Assembly: GCA_963977015.1 (NCBI GenBank)
Contig: CAXBMO010000001.1
Location: forward strand, 416,001 to 480,000
Source of the DNA: an uncultured bacterium
GTDB taxonomy: Bacteria > Verrucomicrobiota > Verrucomicrobiia > Verrucomicrobiales > DEV007
Reading direction: 5' to 3'
Length of the DNA: 64,000 bases
This document shows, in pieces, positions 58,149-64,000 of the stretch (positions within the stretch are counted from its first letter, which is position 1; the number at the start of each line of letters is the position of its first letter). A model generated the notes under the pieces. The model did not search any database. It had not been told where the DNA came from and saw only the letters and a list, made by a program, of their open reading frames with translations. A program made the translations under genes and the position numbers.

Positions 58149-59792
58149 ATGAAAACCCTTTCCGCTTTCGTTCTTGCCGTCCTGCTCCCGCCATTTGCCT
58201 ATTCTGAAATCCCGGCCGATGAACATTTTCATGTGGAGACGGTGGTGGATGGGCTGGTCGATGCGATGGAAATCGCGCCCGATCCGTATGGGCGGGTTTT
58301 CATTGTTGAGCGAACCGGAGCGGTGAAGCTGTTCGATCCGGAAGCAGGTTCGGTCGAGACCTTGGCGTTGTTGGATGTCGCATTGCGAGACGACGGCTTT
58401 GCCCGGGAAAGCGGATTGTTAGGAGTGACGCTCGATCCCGACTTTGCGCGGAATTCCTGGATTTACCTTTTTTACTCGGACAAAGATGACCCCTTTCAGC
58501 GACTTTCGCGGTTCGAGGCGACCGACACGGCGCTCTACAACGAGGTCGTCATTCTTGAATTTGCCCATGATCGCGAGAACCACGTTTGTCACGAGGGAGG
58601 ATCGCTCGCGTTTGGGCCGGATGGGAATCTCTATCTTTCCACGGGCGACAATACGTGTCCGTTCAAGTCGAGTGGTTATGCGCCGATTGATGAAATGCCG
58701 GATCGATACTGGTATGACGCACAACGTTCCGCAGGAAACACGAACGACCTTCGCGGAAAGATCTTGCGGATCAAGCCGCTCGCAGAAGGCGGATACGCGA
58801 TTCCAAGCGGGAACCTTTTTTCGCCCAACCAACCCAAAACGCGTCCGGAAATTTACGCGATGGGATGCCGGAATCCGTTTCGGATCTCGATCGATTCGCG
58901 TTCGGGACATGTCTTTTGGGGAGAAGTGGGGCCGGACGCTGGGGTGGATTCAGAGCGGGGTTCCCGCGGGTTTGACGAGATCAACCGCGCGACAGGTCCG
59001 GGGAATTTTGGGTGGCCCTACTTCGTGGCGGACAACAAGGCGTATGCGGACTACGACTTCGCGTCGCAACAAACCAAGGCCACCTTTGTCGCCCAACGCC
59101 CCAAGAACGATTCGCCGAATTCGACCGGCCTGGGTCAGTTGCCTCCCGCCACGGAGCCGCTCTGGTTTTACCCTCGCGCATCCGCCTGTGCCGGGCCGGT
59201 TTACTACCATGACGACTTCCCGGAATCGAAAACGAAGCTGCCGAAGACCATGGATGGACGCTTGCTCGTTTACGATTGGACGAGTGCGTGGATGCGCGCG
59301 TTGCTCGTGGATGAAGACGGGAACCTGATCGCCAACGACCCCTGGCTTTCCAAGCATTTCTTCGTGCATCCGGTGGATATGGAAATGGGCATTGGCGGCG
59401 ACGTGTGGCTGCTGGAATACGGGAGCTCATGGTACGACGGCAATGATGGGAAACTCAAACGGATCAGCTATTCCGAGGAACCGCTGATTCTGGAGATTCC
59501 GGAGTCCGATCCCCGAATGACGGGTTTGGATCCCGCCCACCCAGGGACGAGCCTGATTGCCCAAACGACCTGTCTCGCGTGTCACATGACGAAGCAGAAA
59601 TCGATTGGCCCGACCTACCTGGATGTCGCCCAAAAATACAAATCGGTGACCGGCGCGCGTGAGCAGCTTGCTGAGAAAATCCTGACCGGTGGCGCCGGTG
59701 TCTGGGGAGAAGCCCCGATGCCCCCCCATGCGCAGCACAATATTGAAGAAACCCTGCAAATGGTGGATGCCATTCTGGAGATGGCCCGCTGA
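58149..59792 (+). CDS. PQQ-dependent sugar dehydrogenase (GSDH) family with C-terminal cytochrome c
   Basis: HEGGSLAFGPDG, DLRGKILRI, GCRNPFR, NFGWP; CLACH...MPPH. Confidence 0.9.
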   Translation: MKTLSAFVLAVLLPPFAYSEIPADEHFHVETVVDGLVDAMEIAPDPYGRVFIVERTGAVKLFDPEAGSVETLALLDVALRDDGFARESGLLGVTLDPDFARNSWIYLFYSDKDDPFQRLSRFEATDTALYNEVVILEFAHDRENHVCHEGGSLAFGPDGNLYLSTGDNTCPFKSSGYAPIDEMPDRYWYDAQRSAGNTNDLRGKILRIKPLAEGGYAIPSGNLFSPNQPKTRPEIYAMGCRNPFRISIDSRSGHVFWGEVGPDAGVDSERGSRGFDEINRATGPGNFGWPYFVADNKAYADYDFASQQTKATFVAQRPKNDSPNSTGLGQLPPATEPLWFYPRASACAGPVYYHDDFPESKTKLPKTMDGRLLVYDWTSAWMRALLVDEDGNLIANDPWLSKHFFVHPVDMEMGIGGDVWLLEYGSSWYDGNDGKLKRISYSEEPLILEIPESDPRMTGLDPAHPGTSLIAQTTCLACHMTKQKSIGPTYLDVAQKYKSVTGAREQLAEKILTGGAGVWGEAPMPPHAQHNIEETLQMVDAILEMAR

Positions 59793-59799
59793 TTGGCAA

Positions 59800-61344
59800 T
59801 CAGGCTCCGGGAAGCGCGATGGGAAGCTCGTTTGCTTTCAACTGCTCCACCCGGTGATCCTCAAAAAAGCGGCGCAGCGCGTTGGGGCCGAGGCGGCGGC
59901 GTTTCTCCGCCGTCGCGAGCATGTCCGCTCGAGCGTCAATGTCTTCCATCATCAAATCCGCCACGATTTCGATGGTCGATTCGTCCCAGTTCTTTCCAAT
60001 GAGCGTTTCCTCGACGGCGCGGCAGCGCTTGAAGGGCAGTTTCTTGTCGAATCCAGCCAATGCAATGCGCGCAAGGGTAACGCGATCGCTGCGATCCAAT
60101 TCGACGCGAAATCCGGCCCCGCCAATCACGCTTTGGTTCGTTGATCCCGGTCCAAAAATGTAGCATTGCTCGAATCCGCGCGCTTTCTCCGGTTTCGCAA
60201 CGATCACGCTTTTGAGGAGCTCGTTGGGACGCAATCCGGATTCGAAACGGGTCCGGTAGAAGGTGTCGACATCCAAATCGCGCTCGCCCTCGCCGGTTGC
60301 GATTCGAATCCTCGCGTCAGCCGTGAACAGCGGGAGGGCGGCGGTCGGCACCCGGCCGCGTTCAAGGAGATGTTCGGCGATCGTCAGCCGATTGCGATGG
60401 GGCCGGGCTTCGATGCGAGAGATCATGGCATCAATCTCGGGGAAACCTCCCGCCACGGCTTCCTGGAGAAGCGAAAGCGTGTTTTCGGCTCCGACTTCAA
60501 TCTCGTTCCCGTGAGACAAGATCAGATGCAGCTCCGCGATCCCATCCGTGGTGATCAGGCAGGCCGGCTGGAGGTCGACCGATTCTTCCCGATGCCAACT
60601 TAATCCGCTGTGTAGCAACTCCGAATCCGGATACTCGTGACGCAGGCGCAGCGTTTCCGTCATGGTTGCGGCGCGATAAAACCTCCGGCCATCTGCATCC
60701 ACATAACTAATCGGCTGCAATGTGGGGGCGACTTCGAGAAGGCGAGGGGACCAGTGATCTTGAAACGGATCGATCGCGGCGGCTTGAGTTCGGCGACGGA
60801 TCGATCCAATTCCGGTTCCTTCGGCAACATGGGCGACGCGCGACCGAATTTCGGAGACCTCGGCAAATAGTTCTTCAGAAGCGGCGTGGAGCCCTCGAAA
60901 GCCGCCGTACCGAAAGCTAAACGCTTCGTAGCCCTCCCGAACCGATGCGGGAGATGTGAGGTTCTCGCGATACCAAGCTTCAAAGAGCGCAATCGCCACC
61001 GCCCGCTGCGCGGCATTGGGCAACGCAGGTGCGTGCGTTTCGAGCAACTCCAGGGCCCGATGCTTTGGCGTTGCGCTCAACAGAAAGTCCGGCGTCCAGA
61101 ATCTTCGGCCCGCGCACATCGGCAGTGGAGTCAGCGCCGAGGGAAGCATTCGATAGGCATTGCGACCGGCTGCACAGTGATCAAGCGCGAGAAGAACATC
61201 GGGCCCGGCATTTTGCGAACCCCTTGGCGCCATCACATCGAGGAACCCGGATTCCCGAAGAAAATCGAGCAGCGTGTCCTGGCACGAGTTTCCCTCCACA
61301 GAAAAAATCGCGTCGTTAATGGTGATGGGAAACGAGCCTTGCAT
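59800..61344 (-). CDS. Xanthine dehydrogenase small subunit (XdhA)-like protein, cofactor motifs lost
   Basis: TLLDFLRE, IEVGA, RDLDVDTFY, LRPNELL, ARIALAG, VEETLIGK follow the XdhA domain order. No Fe-S cysteine motifs. Confidence 0.7.
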   Translation of the reverse strand: MQGSFPITINDAIFSVEGNSCQDTLLDFLRESGFLDVMAPRGSQNAGPDVLLALDHCAAGRNAYRMLPSALTPLPMCAGRRFWTPDFLLSATPKHRALELLETHAPALPNAAQRAVAIALFEAWYRENLTSPASVREGYEAFSFRYGGFRGLHAASEELFAEVSEIRSRVAHVAEGTGIGSIRRRTQAAAIDPFQDHWSPRLLEVAPTLQPISYVDADGRRFYRAATMTETLRLRHEYPDSELLHSGLSWHREESVDLQPACLITTDGIAELHLILSHGNEIEVGAENTLSLLQEAVAGGFPEIDAMISRIEARPHRNRLTIAEHLLERGRVPTAALPLFTADARIRIATGEGERDLDVDTFYRTRFESGLRPNELLKSVIVAKPEKARGFEQCYIFGPGSTNQSVIGGAGFRVELDRSDRVTLARIALAGFDKKLPFKRCRAVEETLIGKNWDESTIEIVADLMMEDIDARADMLATAEKRRRLGPNALRRFFEDHRVEQLKANELPIALPGA

Positions 61345-61385
61345 GAAGCGGGGATTCTACGGATTGAACGGGGTGGCCTCAAGTT

Positions 61386-62057
61386 TCATTCGACGGGTCT
61401 TTTGTGGAGCCAATCCGGCGATGCGTAGCGTTCTGACGCAAGCGCTTCCATTTCCGGCTCCAAGGCTGGATCGAGGGTGAAGGGGAGCATCTTGACCGTC
61501 ATCTTGGCGGCGAGGAGGTTCCAAAAGGGATCATCGAGCCCCTTCGCATGAATGCTTCCCTGGTGAAGCACTCCAAATCGGCAGCGGCGCTGCGCGGCTC
61601 CGGCGACCTTGCGCCCGCTGCAAATCACATCGCCTTCGGCCCAACCGCCGGCAAAGCAGCCTCCATTGCTGGTCGATTTTTCGGCCTCCGCCAATTCCGC
61701 AGCAAAACCAAGTTCCACCAATGCGTCCCGAATGACCGCGTGGATTTCCGCGTAGGAGACCTGCGGGCGTTCCGAGGCAAACGCTTCCGAACGGGGAATG
61801 ATGAGGCTGTAGGTGAGATCGCTTCGGTGATCGACCAATCCGCCCCCCGTCCAACGGCGAACGATCTCGGCGCCTTCCAATTCGGGAATCGACTGGAAAT
61901 AGCCGATCGAGATGGTGGGACGATCCCATCCGTAGATCCGCAAAACCGGAGCCTTTGGCTTGGAACGCAGCAAAACTTCGTCGGTGGCCATGTTTTGGGG
62001 GCCATCAAGCGTTCGGGCGTCGTGCCACACGAACATACGTTGGAAAAGTGTCGCCAA
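61386..62057 (-). CDS. Lipoate-protein ligase A/LipM family
   Basis: NMATDE, LRIYGW, SIGYFQ, RRWTGGG, KVAGAAQ, LHQGSI. Confidence 0.9.
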   Translation of the reverse strand: MATLFQRMFVWHDARTLDGPQNMATDEVLLRSKPKAPVLRIYGWDRPTISIGYFQSIPELEGAEIVRRWTGGGLVDHRSDLTYSLIIPRSEAFASERPQVSYAEIHAVIRDALVELGFAAELAEAEKSTSNGGCFAGGWAEGDVICSGRKVAGAAQRRCRFGVLHQGSIHAKGLDDPFWNLLAAKMTVKMLPFTLDPALEPEMEALASERYASPDWLHKRPVE

Positions 62058-62175
62058 GAAGGGAATGAACCGGTTTCAAAAGCGGCAATGCAAGCACCAA
62101 TTCATGCGCCCAAGGTGGATTGCGGACCGTTTGATTTTACAGCGGCCCAAGCTGCTTTCAAATTCACCCAGTAAA

Positions 62176-62985
62176 ATGCCAATCTCCAAACCCAATAGCG
62201 CGCTGCTCATCGTTGGTCACGGTTCCACCGAAAATCCGGATTCCAGCACGCCAACCTTTCAACAGGCTGCCGAAATCCGGAAACGAGGCAGGTTCGGTGA
62301 AGTCCACTGTGCGTTTTGGAAAGAAGAGCCCGGATTTCGCCAGGTCGACTACATGATCGAGAGCGACGAGGTCTTTGTCGTTCCGAATTTCATCAGCGAA
62401 GGGTATTTCACGCGGGAAGTCATTCCCCGGGAGTTCGAATTGGAAGGCGCAACGAGCCAGGTTCACGGAAAAACGTGGCATTACTGCGATCCGGTGGGAA
62501 TTCACCCCAACATGTCGCGCCTGTTGCTGAAGCGGGCGGAGGAAATCGCTCCGGATGTGCCGAAAGAGGAAACCGCGCTCATCATCGTTGGGCACGGCAC
62601 CAAGTTGAACAAGAAGTCGACCGAAGCCGTTCGCGATCAGGCCAATCTCCTGCGCGAGCAGAATCACGGCTATGGCGAGGTTCTCGATGCCTACATGGAG
62701 GAAGCCCCTTTCATCGCAAAATGGGATGAACTCACCACCGCGGAAAATGTGGTGGTCGTGCCTTTCTTCATCGCCGACGGGCTCCACAGCTTCCAGGACA
62801 TTCCCGTGTTGTTGGGAATCACCGATGAGCTTCCGGCGGCGGCCAGTCAGGCGACGATTTTTCACGAGAACCCGATCCGGCTCCGAAACCGGAATCTGTA
62901 CTACAGTCGAGCCATCGGGACCGACTCCTCGATGGCTGATGTCATCATTGATCAAGTTGAATCTTATTGTGAGGACCATTCATGA
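62176..62985 (+). CDS. CbiX/SirB-family chelatase-like protein
   Basis: Two domains: VGHGS...VPNFISEGYF and VGHGT...VPFFIADGLH. Confidence 0.88.
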   Translation: MPISKPNSALLIVGHGSTENPDSSTPTFQQAAEIRKRGRFGEVHCAFWKEEPGFRQVDYMIESDEVFVVPNFISEGYFTREVIPREFELEGATSQVHGKTWHYCDPVGIHPNMSRLLLKRAEEIAPDVPKEETALIIVGHGTKLNKKSTEAVRDQANLLREQNHGYGEVLDAYMEEAPFIAKWDELTTAENVVVVPFFIADGLHSFQDIPVLLGITDELPAAASQATIFHENPIRLRNRNLYYSRAIGTDSSMADVIIDQVESYCEDHS

Positions 62986-63581
62986 ACCTTGAAAAACTAG
63001 AATCGTGGTTAGAGGCTGGCGGTGGAGTGATCGGTCAGATCAACGTTGCGCCTGAGGATGAAGGTTACACCCTCAAACACGTTGATGATCAGATGGTTGA
63101 AGGGCTCTCTGTCTATCAAATTTGGGAAGACGCACACGAGATTTGCAAATTTAATAGTGCCGGAGAATTCCGGCCGCTGAAGTCTTCTTCAGATTTGAGA
63201 ACGGGATGGCTCATGAAGCTGGGTAGCGTCGGGGACGTCCTTGCGGCTCTCGATGTTTTCTATCCGGCTGCGATCGGAATGTGGACGAAGGAGGAATTTG
63301 GGAAGCTTCGGGTAACGCCGATGATGGAAACGTTGCAGCGCCAAACCGGGATGTACCGCTTTGCGCAAACCATTTCAGAGTCTGGAAAGGAGAAGATCAT
63401 TCAGGAACGCTGCCGAAAATCCTGCCTGCGCCGCATCCTCTGGAAAGAAGGTGCCGGAGCCCAACCGGGAGAGAGCGCGGAACGGGAAATCCCGATCTAC
63501 TGCCCGGAAATTTGCAATCTGTTAGTCGCAGACGCGCGAAAGGTCGTGCGGGAAGAGCATCAGGCGCTTCACAATTCCTGA
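62982..63581 (+). CDS. DR2241-family protein with probable 4Fe-4S motif
   Basis: FRPLKS...L..GW, FYPAA, RQTGMY, CRKSC...CPEIC. ATGA overlap with the CbiX-like gene. Confidence 0.78.
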   Translation: MNLEKLESWLEAGGGVIGQINVAPEDEGYTLKHVDDQMVEGLSVYQIWEDAHEICKFNSAGEFRPLKSSSDLRTGWLMKLGSVGDVLAALDVFYPAAIGMWTKEEFGKLRVTPMMETLQRQTGMYRFAQTISESGKEKIIQERCRKSCLRRILWKEGAGAQPGESAEREIPIYCPEICNLLVADARKVVREEHQALHNS

Positions 63582-63698
63582 CATTCCCACAGGGGACTAT
63601 CATTTATGCGAAATTTCCGGTTGCAATGTTTAGGGGGGCCGTATTATCTCAGGTAATTAGTAGTCTAACCCACTCAAAACTCATATCCCCGCAACAAT

Positions 63699-64000
63699 AT
63701 GGCCAAGGTAATAATCATTGATGACGAACCAGGCATCCTTCAAGTCATGCGTAAGCTCTGCGAACGCATGGGACACGATACCGGCGCTTACCAAAGCGGT
63801 CGGGAAGGGATGGCAGCAATCGCACAGTCTCCGCCCGAAGTACTCATCGTCGATCTCAGAATCGGGGACATGAATGGGATGGACATCATCCAGCGGTGTA
63901 ATCAGGACTTTCCGGGAATCGCCATTATCATGGTGACCGGTTACGGCACGGTTGAAACTGCGGTTGAAGCCATGAAGTTGGGAGCGTTCGACTACCTGAC
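63699..64000 (+). CDS. NtrC/AtoC-type response regulator (3'-truncated; not in the ORF track)
   Basis: Manual translation MAKVIIIDDEPGIL...IVDLRIGDMNG...MVTGYGTVETAVEAMKLGAFDYL. Confidence 0.9.
   Translation, partial: MAKVIIIDDEPGILQVMRKLCERMGHDTGAYQSGREGMAAIAQSPPEVLIVDLRIGDMNGMDIIQRCNQDFPGIAIIMVTGYGTVETAVEAMKLGAFDYL

Noticed and set aside
1-64000. CRISPR arrays, tRNA/rRNA genes, transposases, integrases, prophage
   Set aside because: None was recognised by eye or in the ORF track; tRNAscan and Infernal were not run.

Overview
This is a 64-kb, gene-dense, moderately GC-rich bacterial chromosome segment, probably from a PVC-superphylum organism, most likely Verrucomicrobiota. That assignment is inferred from gene content: DUF1501, sulfatase, an ECF sigma/Ser-Thr kinase pair, a PL6 lyase and DUF1080. 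It holds about 58 CDS, including rpsA (partial), hrpB, dgt, yebC, rho, fabG, parB, rlpA, amtB, ribB(X) and ppk1. I found no rRNA, tRNA, CRISPR array, prophage or IS element. Highlights: (1) a four-gene envelope operon with a 1320-aa protein carrying nine tandem ~115-aa BON-like repeats plus an OmpA_C domain, two paralogous small membrane/coiled-coil proteins and an NHL propeller, resembling a greatly expanded arfABC; (2) several intact genes whose catalytic or cofactor motifs are eroded (XdhA-like, S41 protease, hybrid kinase, GTP cyclohydrolase II domain); (3) an RNA-metabolism neighbourhood with a 98-aa RNase III-like protein, a NYN RNase operon led by a very basic protein, and a candidate structured RNA upstream of yebC-rho; (4) a disordered SPF-repeat protein, an animal-type glutaminyl-cyclase-like lipoprotein and several perfect intergenic palindromes. 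All calls come from reading motifs by eye; no searches were run, and start codons are best guesses.
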